This document shows positions 41,113 through 54,396 of a DNA stretch of 64,000 bases, piece by piece. Source of the stretch: Macrostomum lignano (Eukaryota); NCBI GenBank assembly GCA_002269645.1, contig NIVC01001165.1, positions 27,534 to 91,533 on the forward strand. The letters are read 5' to 3'. Every line of letters starts with the position of its first letter. Position 1 is the first letter of the stretch. Position numbers and translations under genes: made by a program. The notes beneath the pieces are model-generated. The model was not told where the DNA came from. It made no database searches and saw nothing but the letters and a program-made list of their open reading frames with translations.

Positions 41113-44100
41113 GTAAGTCAATTTTAATTTTTTATATTAAATCATTTTTTTAAATTAAAAACATATAAAAAGGGATTGTAATTATTTTTTTTAATTATTT
41201 GAGTTGGCCTAAAGACAAAGATAGGTCTTAAGTGGTAGCTAGTGATTTTTTTCCTTAAATCATTTTAGCCACAGAAAATATTGCCTTTTACTAGCTTTAG
41301 TATTATGCTAATTTAGCTAGTATAATCTAAATGGCAAATAGTTAAGACCATCATATATCAAGACTGCCATAAATCTTATTGGCTATTAGAATTGAGAAGC
41401 ATAAGGGCTCACAGGTACAATTCCTTTCCTCACATTGGCAGCCTTGTTTTGCTAGTTCTCCCTACCTTCTTGCATTTTCCTAGGCCTAGTCTAGGTATTG
41501 ACCAATTTGGCAACAAACAAATTTAGTAACAGAGATTCCCTATGGACAAATTTGTCAAAAGCAAATTTGGCAACAATTTCCTAAAATTTGGCAATATAAT
41601 AATTCTGTATAATCTTATTAACTATTTTGGTACAATGGTATTAGATAATACATATTAGCTTTCTTTTTCAATTGAGTTTGTTTCACCCATTTTTTATCTT
41701 GAAATTTAATTCAAATGTGTTTTCTAAAAAATGTTCCTTTATTATTGAAGTCAATGAAGATGTGCAATGCCTTTGATACATTTTTTTATATCAAAGGTCA
41801 TTTGTGTGGGAGTTAAGTGGCTAGAGTCTTGTAGCACTTGCCATAGAAGTCTAAGTTTTATATACAACATACATATACAGCAATTATATCAATTGACAGT
41901 ACTTCTGTTCTTATATACATTTTTCTGCAATGCACTTAGTTGACAATGCACACTTTGTATCATACTTAAGTTGAAGTCATGTGTTGTACTATTAACAAAA
42001 AGTGTGGGGAGGGTTGGTCTAACAGCAGACAGCTTATATCTGAAGCCTTAGTTGTAGTCAATAAATCAGACTTAAAAAATACTTGTTGCTAAGTTTGCCT
42101 AAATTGTTGCCAATTTGCTTTTGCCAAATTTGTCTATCTTTAATTTCAATTGCTGAGTTTGTTTATTGCCAAATTTGTATGCACCCCCCCCCAGTCCCAA
42201 ACACTATCCAATAACACATTGAGTCTAATTTCTCCCATTAGCTCCCCTAAGTGTGGCAGTCTTGGTCCTACACAATCTAGATCATATAGGCCTAGTTTAT
42301 TCAAGAAATTCCTAGCATAAAATATGAAACCCAAAATGACCTTGGCATAGTTAGGACCATTTTTACTATATTATTTACTTTTGCTAAGTTCTTATTTTTT
42401 CCTTTTAATTTTTTAAATAATAATTTAATCTATTCAATGATCTTATTTTAGTTATACCAAATAGCCTTAGATAGTTCTTAGGCCTAAATACACTAGAAAA
42501 CATACTCTCTCTTTTTTGCTGTAACAGTTTTCCAAATAAACTTTACCATCTTTAAAAACAGAAATGAAAATAAAAGTTAGGCCTATAAACAAAAAATGCA
42601 ATAGGAACTTATCCTTATTTACAATAAGTCTACAAGCTAATAGAAAGTAGCAAAATAATTTTGATTAAATATAGTTAGACTTCTTTGTTAGGCTTATGAC
42701 AATGAGATATTTACAATAATAAAACTTAAAGAAACAAAACTTTTAAAGCATATGGGTCTGTTAATGTTAGTCATTAACTGTATCATTTTATACAATTACT
42801 GTAGCCTTTGCTTTAGTTAAAAAAGCAGCATTACTATATCCCAATGTACTATAATGAAATTTTATTAGTAACAACAAGGCAGACAAAGTAGACATTCTAT
42901 ATTGTCAGTTTTAAGTATATAACTAGCCATTTAGCCCCCCTCCGGGTGGCTTCTTAGCAGTTGAGCGCTTGTCTATAAGCAGTTTTGCACAGTCGCTAAG
43001 CATATCTCACTAATCTCCGAGCAGTTCTGCAGCAGCAAATCTCAAAGCAGTTGTACACCAATTTTACTGAGACAAAAAATTCTAAAAAGTTGCATTTCCT
43101 TATGTTTGAAACTTTGCAATGTCAATTCATTTATAGTTCTTTTAATGATTATTCCTTATTTTCAAATTCTTACCAGATTAGCACTATTCTCTCACATTAG
43201 CCCTACACCCCCAGATTAGCCCCACTTCCCCCAGATTAGCACTACTCCCCCCATATTAACCGCATACCCCCATATTAGCCTCTCATTTCCATATTAGCAG
43301 CACACCCCCATATTAGCCGCACACCTCCATATTAGCTGCACACCCCTATATTAGCCGCACACTCCCAGATTAGCCCCATTTCCCCCAGATTAGCACTCAG
43401 CCCAGATTAGCACTCAGCCCAGATTAGCACTCAGCCTAGATTAGCACTCAGTCCAGATTAGCACTCAGTCCAGATTAGCACTCAGCACAGATTAGCCCTT
43501 AGCCCAGATTAGCACTCAGCCCAGATTAGCACTCAGCACAGATTAGCACTCAGCCCAGATTAGCACTCAGCCCAGATTAGCACTCAGCCCAGATTAGCAC
43601 TCAGCCTAGATTAGCACTCAGCCCAGATTAGCACTCAGTCCAGATTAGCACTCAGCACAGATTAGCCCTCAGCCCAGATTAGCACTCAGCCCAGATTAGC
43701 ACTCAGCACAGATTAGCACTCAGCACAGATTAGCACTCAGCACAGATTAGCCCTCAGCCCAGATTAGCACTCAGCCCAGATTAGCACTCAGCACAGATTA
43801 GCCCTCAGCCCAGATTAGCACTCAGCCTAGATTAGCACTCAGCCCAGATTAGCACTCAGCACAGATTAGCACTCAGCCCAGATTAGCACCGCTCCACAGA
43901 TTACCGCCGCTTCCCAGATTATTTCCACCTCCCAGAATTGTCCCCTCAGCAAGCTACAATTATTCACAGTTAGATATCCTCCTCAGAAGTCTGCCATTAT
44001 TATCTTAGCAGTTTGCAGCTATCCCCTAGGCAGTTTGCAGCATACGCTCATAAGTCTTGAGAAACTAACTGCCATTCCCCTCAGCAGTCTGCAGTCAATT

Positions 44101-47100
44101 CATTTGCAGTCAGCAAGTGTTTCCTTAATAATTCTCATTTATCCCCTCAGCAGTCTGCAGTTCTCTCAGCTGGCCCCTCAGTACTTTATTCTCAGCAAAC
44201 TGCAATAATCTTTTCAATGATTTAAAAATTTGCTCAGCATTTACTACGGCTCACTAATCAATTTTCGATACATATTGGCAGTCTTGCGCAACTCAGCATT
44301 TAGCAATACCTTCAGGAGTTTAGCTGCTTAGAAGCATCGTCTGCAATTTAGCAGCCTTATGACTGCATTGTACGGCTCACTGATTAGCACTGCTCTAGAA
44401 GCTTAACGTAGCCCCAGCTAAAATATCTTTAAATTTAAATGTTTAATTCCTGCATGACAATGATTATTCTCACAGGTCACAAAGATAAATTCGCTGCTTC
44501 AATGCAGACTCGAACTGCTGACCTTCTGCTTGGCCTATGCCTGTTATTGCCTGTCTACAGTAACAGGCATAGCTAGGCTAAGCCTGGCTATTGTGCCTAT
44601 TGACAGATGGTCAAAAAATCCTTATACTTTACCTTATACAAAATCAACAAGTTTAGTAACTTTAGCAGTTCGAAGTTAGCGTTTCTCAGCCTCCCCCCAG
44701 AAATTGGCAGTTATCCCGACAAAAACCTAAAATTAGCTATCCCTTTTAATCCCGCAAAACAGACTGCAGTAATACTCTTAGCAGCCTGCAGTTATCCACT
44801 TTGCCGTCTACAACTTTCATTAACATTAGCAAACTACAATAATTCACTCAGCAGTCCGCAGTTATCGCCTCAACAACGTGCAATTACTCGTAATACTTCA
44901 CCATTATTATCCACTTAAAACTCTCTAGATCTAGATAGTTATCCCCTCAGCAGTTTGCAGCTATACACTCATAAGTCTGGAGGAACTACCTCAGCAATCA
45001 GTATCAGTATCGGTATCAGCATCAGTATCCTCAGCAAACTGCAATGATCCTTTCAACAATGTAGAAATTAGCTCAGCATTGTATGGCTTACTAATCGATT
45101 TTCGATACATATCGGCAATCTTTTGCACCACTCAGCATTTAGCAATACCTCAGCAGTTTAGCAGCACCATCTGCAGTTTAGTAATTTAATCCCCTGCAGT
45201 TTAGTAATATCTACTTCCATAGACCTAGATAATAACAATTAATGGGATCTTAGGATTTTACAAATCAAATCAAATTTGCTTAAAGGCTTGTGCGAGTAGC
45301 AAAAATAAATTATTGTAATTAATAAAAAAATTTTAATTGCTCAGGCAATAGATAATTAATCAAGCAATTCTCAAAACGGTTGAGGCAGAAGCTACTAATG
45401 AATGAATTTATTTAATCTTAATTATCCGCTGGGGAGGCGGACTCGAACCTTGGACCTTATGCCTAGCCTAAACCTAGTCCTAGTGCCTACACTGCGGCTA
45501 TTCCGCCTACTGATCGGAGGGCACAAAGATCAGCAATATATGCTTCGGCACTGCAGTCAAATACATAGCAGTGATAGGCTGCTCAGTGTGCACAGGTTGT
45601 ATGCAGGCAGAGCCTATGCACAGTTGAGTGAAATCTATAAATAGCAATTGTCTATGCAGTCCGCCAGTCAGCCAGGGTCAGAATGTACACACGCAGCCAC
45701 TGAGCATTATTTTCCTCTCCCTTATTGCAGCCAGTATTGAGGCGTACACGGTGAACAGAGAAAAGTTGTGGCGCAATCTTAATTGGAATTGAAATTCAGT
45801 TAGTGAGATTTTGACCTTTTGTAGCCTCCCATTGAAAGCATAGGGAAAACTCGTTTTTCGATTATTTAACCATCTTCCCATTCGAATTTTTTAAATGCAA
45901 TTACACCCACACAATCTCACAAGAATTTGCAATTGAGTGAAGCAAGTTTGAAAAAAATCGGTTCAGGCATTCAGGCTGTGGACTGGAATACCGGTCAGAC
46001 AGATCTTAGAGATTTAGTATATTGTGACTAGCCATTTAGCCCCCCTCCGGGTGGCTTCTTAGCAGTTTAGCGCTTGTCTATAAGCAGTTTTGCACAGTCA
46101 CTAAGCATATCTCACTAATCTCCGAGCAGTTCTGCAGTAGCAAATCTCAAAGCAGTTGTACACCAATTTTACTGAGACTAAAAATTCTAAAAAGTTGCAT
46201 TTCCTTATGTTTGAAACTTTGCAATGTCAATTCATTTATAGTTCTTTTAATGATTATTCCTTATTTTCAAATTCTTACCTGATTAGCACTATTCTCTCAC
46301 ATTAGCCCTACACCCCCAGATTAGCCCCACTTCCCCCAGATTAGCACTACTCCCCCCATATTAACCGCACACCCCCATATTAGCCTCTCATTTCCATATT
46401 AGCAGCACACCCCCATATTAGCCGCACACCTCCATATTAGCAGCACACCCCCATATTAGCCGCACACCTCCATATTAGCTGCACACCCCTATATTAGCCG
46501 CACACTCCCAGATTAGCCCCATTTCCCCCAGATTAGCACTCAGCCCAGATTAGCACTCAGCCCAGATTAGCACTCAGCCTAGATTAGCACTCAGTCCAGA
46601 TTAGCACTCAGTCCAGATTAGCACTCAGCACAGATTAGCCCTTAGCCCAGATTAGCACTCAGCCCAGATTAGCACTCAGCACAGATTAGCACTCAGCCCA
46701 GATTAGCACTCAGCCCAGATTAGCACTCAGCCCAGATTAGCACTCAGCCTAGATTAGCACTCAGCCCAGATTAGCACTCAGTCCAGATTAGCACTCCGCA
46801 CAGATTAGCCCTCAGCCCAGATTAGCACTCAGCCCAGATTAGCACTCAGCACAGATTAGCACTCAGCACAGATTAGCACTCAGCACAGATTAGCCCTCAG
46901 CCCAGATTAGCACTCAGCCCAGATTAGCACTCAGCACAGATTAGCCCTCAGCCCAGATTAGCACTCAGCCTAGATTAGCACTCAGCCCAGATTAGCACTC
47001 AGCACAGATTAGCACTCAGCCCAGATTAGCACCGCTCCACAGATTACCGCCGCTTCCCAGATTATTTCCACCTCCCAGAATTGTCCCCTCAGCAAGCTAC

Positions 47101-50100
47101 AATTATTCACAGTTAGATATCCTCCTCAGAAGTCTGCCATTATTATCTTAGCAGTTTGCAGCTATCCCCTAGGCAGTTTGCAGCATACGCTCATAAGTCT
47201 TGAGAAACTAACTGCCATTCCCCTCAGCAGTCTGCAGTCAATTCATTTGCAGTCAGCAAGTGTTTCCTTAATAATTCTCATTTATCCCCTCAGCAGTCTG
47301 CAGTTCTCTCAGCTGGCCCCTCAGTACTTTATTCTCAGCAAACTGCAATAATCTTTTCAATGATTTAAAAATTTGCTCAGCATTTACTACGGCTCACTAA
47401 TCAATTTTCGATACATATTGGCAGTCTTGCGCAACTCAGCATTTAGCAATACCTTCAGGAGTTTAGCTGCTTAGAAGCATCGTCTGCAATTTAGCAGCCT
47501 TATGACTGCATTGTACGGCTCACTGATTAGCACTGCTCTAGAAGCTTAACGTAGCCCCAGCTAAAGTATCTTTAAATTTAAATGTTTAATTCCTGCATGA
47601 CAATGATTATTCTCACAGGTCACAAAGATAAATTCGCTGCTTCAATGCAGACTCGAACTGCTGACCTTCTGCTTGGCCTATGCCTGTTATTGCCTGTCTA
47701 CAGTAACAGGCATAGCTAGGCTAAGCCTGGCTATTGTGCCTATTGACAGATGGTCAAAAAATCCTTATACTTTACCTTATACAAAATCAACAAGTTTAGT
47801 AACTTTAGCAGTTCGAAGTTAGCGTTTCTCAGCCTCCCCCAGAAATTGGCAGTTATCCCGACAAAAACCTAAAATTAGCTATCCCTTTTAATCCCGCAAA
47901 ACAGACTGCAGTAATACTCTTAGCAGCCTGCAGTTATCCACTTTGCCGTCTACAACTTTCATTAACATTAGCAAACTACAATAATTCACTCAGCAGTCCG
48001 CAGTTATCGCCTCAACAACGTGCAATTACTCGTAATACTTCACCATTATTATCCACTTAAAACTCTCTAGATCTAGATAGTTATCCCCTCAGCAGTTTGC
48101 AGCTATACACTCATAAGTCTGGAGGAACTACCTCAGCAATCAGTATCAGTATCGGTATCAGCATCAGTATCCTCAGCAAACTGCAATGATCCTTTCAACA
48201 ATGTAGAAATTAGCTCAGCATTGTATGGCTTACTAATCGATTTTCGATACATATCGGCAATCTTTTGCACCACTCAGCATTTAGCAATACCTCAGCAGTT
48301 TAGCAGCACCATCTGCAGTTTAGTAATTTAATCCCCTGCAGTTTAGTAATATCTACTTCCATAGACCTAGATAATAACAATTAATGGGATCTTAGGATTT
48401 TACAAATCAAATCAAATTTGCTTAAAGGCTTGTGTGAGTAGCAAAAATAAATTATTGTAATTAATAAAAAAATTTTAATTGCTCAGGCAATAGATAATTA
48501 ATCAAGCAATTCTCAAAACGGTTGAGGCAGAAGCTACTAATGAATGAATTTATTTAATCTTAATTATCCGCTGGGGAGGCGGACTCGAACCTTGGACCTT
48601 ATGCCTAGCCTAAACCTAGTCCTAGTGCCTACACTGCGGCTATTCCGCCTACTGATCGGAGGGCACAAAGATCAGCAATATAAGCTTCGGCACTGCAGTC
48701 AAATACATAGCAGTGATAGGCTGCTCAGTGTGCACAGGTTGTATGCAGGCAGAGCCTATGCACAGTTGAGTGAAATCTATAAATAGCAATTGTCTATGCA
48801 GTCCGCCAGTCAGCCAGGGTCAGAATGTACACACGCAGCCACTGAGCATTATTTTCCTCTCCCTTATTGCAGCCAGTATTGAGGCGTACACGGTGAACAG
48901 AGAAAAGTTGTGGCGCAATCTTAATTGGAATTGAAATTCAGTTAGTGAGATTTTGACCTTTTGTAGCCTCCCATTGAAAGCATAGGGAAAACTCGTTTTT
49001 CGATTATTTAACCATCTTCCCATTCGAATTTTTTAAATGCAATTACACCCACACAATCTCACAAGAATTTGCAATTGAGTGAAGCAAGTTTGAAAAAAAT
49101 CGGTTCAGGCATTCAGGCTGTGGACTGGAATACCAGTCAGACAGATCTTAGAGATTTAGTATATTGTGATGATGAATGATGATGATGATTGTGATTGTGA
49201 TGATGATGATGATGTGACTAGCAATCTAGTGCCCCTGTTAGGATGTCCAAAAAGCAAGGTATGCAAATTATTTATCTGAATCCTATTTGCCTTGCCATCT
49301 TAGAAATCCCCCTTAAGCTATGGACATTTGAGTCTTTGTACCTAACATGCCAAACATTTTTTATCGATACAAGACTATTTTGTTTATAAAAAATATTCAT
49401 TGGCTACAATAAGCTTCTTTATAAACAAATCATTAATCATTTATAACATATGATATAATCATACACTATTCTAATAACAACATATAAGTAGCACCTTTAT
49501 TGCAAGTGCTTAAAATCTTTGTAGTGTTAGAAGACAATCCTTTAATTTAATATATATAAGCATATAGGGTTCCTATACACTCTACCCATGCCCCAGTTTA
49601 TATATAAGTAAATCAATTAAATAATTAAATAAATAATTTTCTTTTTTAGGCCTTACTATATCAGGAAACATGTTTTTATAATAACTCATTTTTTAATTTT
49701 GACAAAACTATCAAGACCTCAAAACTCAGTTATGAGCAGACTAATTTGCTTTTCCTAATGCTTTGTATTGGTTAAAAAAGTTTAGCAGTTAATATACTGA
49801 TGCAATACTTGCATGTTTGTTTTTATAGATGTTTGACTAGGCCACCAAAGTAATAGTAAAATATATGTATAACTGCAAGATTTATGATTTAATACACATG
49901 AATAAAACTTTTAATGGATATGAACTCATACTAATAAGCATTTCGTTAATATCAAATAGAATATTTCATGTACCTTGTATAAGATTAATTTATTTAAATA
50001 AGCTTTTATTTCATACCCTACATGTATGAATATTGGTACTAATATTAGAAGTGTTAGGAAAATGCATAAGTTACCATTCCAAATAAAATGTACTCAATAG

Positions 50101-53100
50101 CCTACTAGTAGTAAAAATACAAGTTTTTAACTAGGCAACACAGTGATCACAAATCAGAAATGCATTACTGCCAACACAGCTGAGCGACATTCATGTCAGC
50201 CTGTTCCGCGACCCGGCCCGCGTGCCCGACCTGCGCCAGTTTCTGGCCAATGAACTGCGGCTCATCCGGCCCGAGCTGGTGGTGGTGTCCGGTGACCTCA
50301 CCGACGCTAAGCTGCCGGATTTCAAGGCCTCCCGACAGTACGAGGAGGAGTGGAAAATCTACCACGGCCTGCTGCAGGAGTTCAAGGTCGACGAGGTCAC
50401 GAAGTGGCTTGATCTGCGCGGCAACCATGGTGACTGCTTTTGACCTTCTTTGTTAGCTGCAGGGATCAAGTCGTGTTAGCGTTAGGGTTGGTTACAAACT
50501 GGTTTTATGTTAGGGTTAAGTTAGGGTTTAGGTTAGGTTAGTTATCGGGTTATGGTTGGGGTTTAGGAATTGGAGTTAGGCTAGGTTCTTGGGTGAGGTT
50601 TTAGGTTAGGTCATCTGGTTATGGTTTAGGTTGGGGTTTAGCTTAGGGTTAGGGTTTAGGTTTAGGTTAGGGTTAAGGTTTAGGTTAAGGTTTAGGTTAG
50701 GGTTAAGGTTTAGGTTAGATTATATGGTTAGGGTTTAGGTTATGATTAAGGTTTAGGTTATGGTTAGGGTTTAGGTTAGGTTAGGATCTTGATTTAGGTT
50801 AGATTTAGGTTCGGCAGTCAAATTGCGGCAGTCAGTAGTCGTAGACCTTTCCTGTTCAATTCAATATGGATAACTAAAAAGCAATGAATCAGTCACTGAC
50901 TTCGAGAATGAATTTTTCTGAAAGTATGCACTTTTGACATTGCCTGACTGTTGCTTGTGGCAGGCAGTCCCTCTCCCTGATACCAGGGCCCAACCCAGCC
51001 GCGTGCCAACTGGCCAACTAATCCTTAGCCTCCCGCCCGCACCGCAGACGCATTCAACATTTTCTCCCTGGACGCCAGGCAGAACTTCTTCGCCAAGTAC
51101 TCGCGCCGCGGCAAGGACAGCCCCAGGTCCTACATGCACACGGTGCGCAAGCCGTTCGGTCAGTACAGCTTCGTGGCGCTTGACGTGGTGCCGATGCCGG
51201 GCCCGAAGCGGCCGTATAACTTTTTTGGATTCTTGGACACGGTGAGACCCCAGTTGCGGTTGGGGATAATTCTCCCTTTGCTTACCAAATTTGAGTCGAA
51301 ATTCTAGGTAAGGTAAAAGTACAGCCCGGGGCACATGTGTACACGTAAATTTGTATGTATAATTTTGTTCTGCATATTTATCAGCAAGTACTTGTACTGC
51401 AAGTCTCAAGCATTCAACACTGTCGAGATGTTCAACGATTCCTTCGGAACGGTCGGATTTTCCGAGTTGTCGAAATTGTAGGAGGGCTGCGGCCACTGTG
51501 GCGCACAGCCTTCGGCGACATCGAAAACCAGCGTCATTGCAATTCTGCTCATTCCGCAGACGCCTAAGTGTAGTAGGGCATAGTTTAGGAATGCAAATAG
51601 TATTTGCTTTTACGCTACTGATAGTAGTTTTCAGTTGCGGAAGAATTGGTAATTAGGGTGGTTGGGGTTTTACAGGATTCTTTATAAATAAAGAGCAGTT
51701 GGGCTGCAGTCATCCTGTTTTAAGAAAATCTAGCCAAAAAGCATTAAGGTAAAGGGATAATAATTGACCAGCATAGACAAACATTGACAAGCATATCTGG
51801 GAGTCTTGCCCAAAACACAATAAAAAGGAAAAATACTAGGACAGTTTAATGTAAAAACCTTTTGTACACAGTTTAAAACCTATCTCCGATGTCCTGTCTT
51901 ACTTCTTTAATATCTAAGCCCCAGAAATTAGGGACTAACAGGCACCTGGGGGCAGCAAACTACCAAAGTCAAACAAGTTAAAATGATTGTCTCACCACTG
52001 CCGCAGACCGCCATCCTGGATGTGCAGCGCCTCGCTCGCAAAGCTCGGACGAGCAACCACTCGTTCTGGTTCGGCCACTACCCGCTGTCGATCATTGTTA
52101 GCCAGGGCTTCGATTTGCACAGCTTTCTTGGGTGAGTACTTTTAGAGCTCAACGTATTGATTTTGATTGATGCTGAATTGGCCTGCTATGCGTGGTTTCT
52201 ATGGTTGCTATGCGGAGTTTTACGAGCTCGTGTGGCCCGCAGCCGGCACGCCTATTCGTACATGTGCGGCCACCTGCACACCCTGGGCGGCTCCGTGCCC
52301 AACATGTACGGCCTGCACCCCGAGGGCTTCCTGGAGCTCGAGCTGGGCGACTGGATGGACAACCGGCTGTACCGCATTGTTGCCATTGACAACGACGTTG
52401 TCAGCTTCCGCGACCTCCGCCTGGGCACCTGGCCCGCTGTGCACGTGACCAGCCCGAAGGACGCCAGGTACCTGCTGCCGCACAAGGAGCCGGCGGCCTG
52501 GCTGAACCGCAGCCTGGAGATCCGCGTGTTGGCCTTCTCGCCCGACGCGATCGCCTTCGTCAAGGTGTGGCTCGACGGCGGTTACCTTGGCAACGCGACG
52601 CCTCAGCCAGGCGTGGGCGTGGCCGGGCTCTACTCGTTGCCATGGAAACCTGGGGCGCATGCCGGCGACCGGCACCGGCTAGAGGTTCGAGTCCGAGACG
52701 CCATCGGCCGTGAGGCCTACGTGGAGCAGGAGTTCTCCATGACAGGTGGGTCACGGAGAGGCAGGTGTGTCACTGAGAGGTCAGATGGGTCACTGAGAGG
52801 TCAGGTGGGTCACTGAGAGGTCAGGTGGGTCACTGAGAGGTCAGGTGGGTCACTGAGAGGTCAGGTGGGTCACTGAGAGGTCAGGTGGGTCACTGAGAGG
52901 TCAGGTGGGTCACTAAGAGGTCAGGTGGGTCACTGAGAGGTCAGGTGTGAGGTCAAGTGGGTCACTGAGTGGTCAGGTGGGTCACTAAGAGGTCAGGTGG
53001 GTCACTGAGAGTTCAGGTGGGTCACTGAGAGGTCAGGTGGGTCACTGAGAGGTCAGGTGTGAGGTCAAGTGGGTCACTGAGAGGTCAGGTGGGTCACTAA

Positions 53101-53468
53101 GAGGTCAGGTGGGTCACTGAGAGTTCAGGTGGGTCACTGAGAGGTCAGGTGGGTCACTGAGAGGTCAGGTGGGTCACTGAGAGTTCAGGTGGGTCACTGA
53201 GAGTTCAGGTGGGTCACTGAGAGGTCAGGTGGGTCACTGAGAGGTCAGGTGGGTCACTGAGAGGTCAGGTAAGCACCGGCAGTCTGTCAAGATCCCTCGC
53301 CTCCCTTCCCGCCTGAGACAGGCCAGCCGAATTGGCGATTCGGCCGCCTGCAGAACCTCATCCTGCTGGGCGACGTGACCAAATTCGTTCGGCTGGTCTT
53401 CTACACCACCTGGCTGGCCCTGTTCGCGCCGCTGATCGGCATTCGCGTGGCCAGATATCGATTTGCGG
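40921..53468 (+). CDS. TMEM62: TMEM62 (calcineurin-like metallophosphoesterase + TM domain), multi-exon, 3' end beyond window
   Basis: In-phase exons 40921-41112, 50180-50429, 51048-51241, 52007-52131, 52243-52745, 53322-53468 give NILVFLQ|LSDIH..SGDLTDAK..WLDLRGNH|DAFN..PGPKRPYNFFG..WFGHY..MCGHLHTLGG..GFLELELGDW.DNRLYRI. This matches the TMEM62 sequence as recalled. All five MPP metal-ligand motifs are intact. Confidence 0.93.
41502..42177. mobile_element. Foldback/MITE-like element with ~95-bp imperfect inverted arms
   Basis: Arms 41502-41597 and 42083-42177, built of AAATTTGGCAA submotifs, are reverse complements (e.g. GACAAATTTG(T/G)CAAAAGCAAATT). Confidence 0.65.
42923..46027 (-). mobile_element. 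Non-autonomous Helitron-like element C (3105 bp) in TMEM62 intron 1
   Basis: Minus strand: TCACAATATACTAAA...AACCGATTTTTTTCAAACTTGC... ending GCCACCC-GGA-GGGGGGC TAAATGG CTAG|T. Confidence 0.82.
43180..43895. repeat. 17-19-bp minisatellite inside Helitron C (copy at ~46285-47035 in D)
   Basis: CCCAGATTAGCACTCAG variants. Confidence 0.95.
46028..49169 (-). mobile_element. Helitron-like element D (3142 bp), near-identical tandem copy of C
   Basis: Same termini. Differs from C by scattered SNPs, a 38-bp minisatellite duplication and a 1-bp homopolymer change. Junction on the minus strand is CTAG|TC. Confidence 0.82.
49218..49250 (-). mobile_element. 3' terminus of a further Helitron-like element (E)
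   Basis: Minus strand ...CCTAACAGGGGCAC-TAGATTG-CTAG|T shares TAGATTGCTAGT with B's 3' end. Hairpin degenerate; 5' end not found. Confidence 0.5.
50180..50429 (+). CDS. TMEM62: TMEM62 exon 2 (DxH, GD, GNH motifs)
   Basis: caacacag|CTG AGC GAC ATT CAT ... GGC AAC CAT G|GTGACT. Confidence 0.93.
50480..50812 (+). repeat. Degenerate telomere-like (TTAGGG/TTAGGT/TTTAGG) array in TMEM62 intron 2
   Basis: Direct inspection. Confidence 0.85.
51048..51241 (+). CDS. TMEM62: TMEM62 exon 3
   Basis: accgcag|AC GCA TTC AAC (DAFN) ... PGPKRPYNFFGFLDT|GTGAGA. Confidence 0.93.
52007..52131 (+). CDS. TMEM62: TMEM62 exon 4
   Basis: tgccgcag acceptor; TAILDVQRLARKARTSNHSFWFGHYPLSIIVSQGFDLHSFL; GG|GTGAGT. Confidence 0.92.
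52243..52745 (+). CDS. TMEM62: TMEM62 exon 5 (GHLH motif, Ig-like segment)
   Basis: gcccgcag acceptor; RHAYSYMCGHLHTLGG...EQEFSMT; donor ACAG|GTGGGT; phase 2/1. Confidence 0.92.
52742..53270 (+). repeat. 20-bp minisatellite containing the splice donor, TMEM62 intron 5
   Basis: CAGGTGGGTCACTGAGAGGT x ~26, beginning at the exon 5 donor. Confidence 0.95.
53322..53468 (+). CDS. TMEM62: TMEM62 exon 6 (first C-terminal TM helix)
   Basis: cctgagacag acceptor; GQPNWRFGRLQNLILLGDVTKFVRLVFYTTWLALFAPLIGIRVARYRFA; G|GTAAGT. Confidence 0.88.
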
Positions 53469-53604
53469 GTAAGTAATTTGCGCCTGGCCTACCTGTCTGC
53501 TGTGAGCAAGATACCTTGATACGGACAGTAAACCAGACATCTTCTCAAACATTAAAACAAAGCATCAGATGTTCGTAGATGGCAGTCAGATTGAAGAAAA
53601 AAAG

Positions 53605-54396
<792 letters not shown>

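Noticed and set aside
50170-50200. TMEM62 starting at 50180 through a spliced-leader-supplied AUG
   Set aside because: A phased upstream exon (40921-41112) with a signal anchor and the homologous NILVFLQ explains the acceptor more simply.
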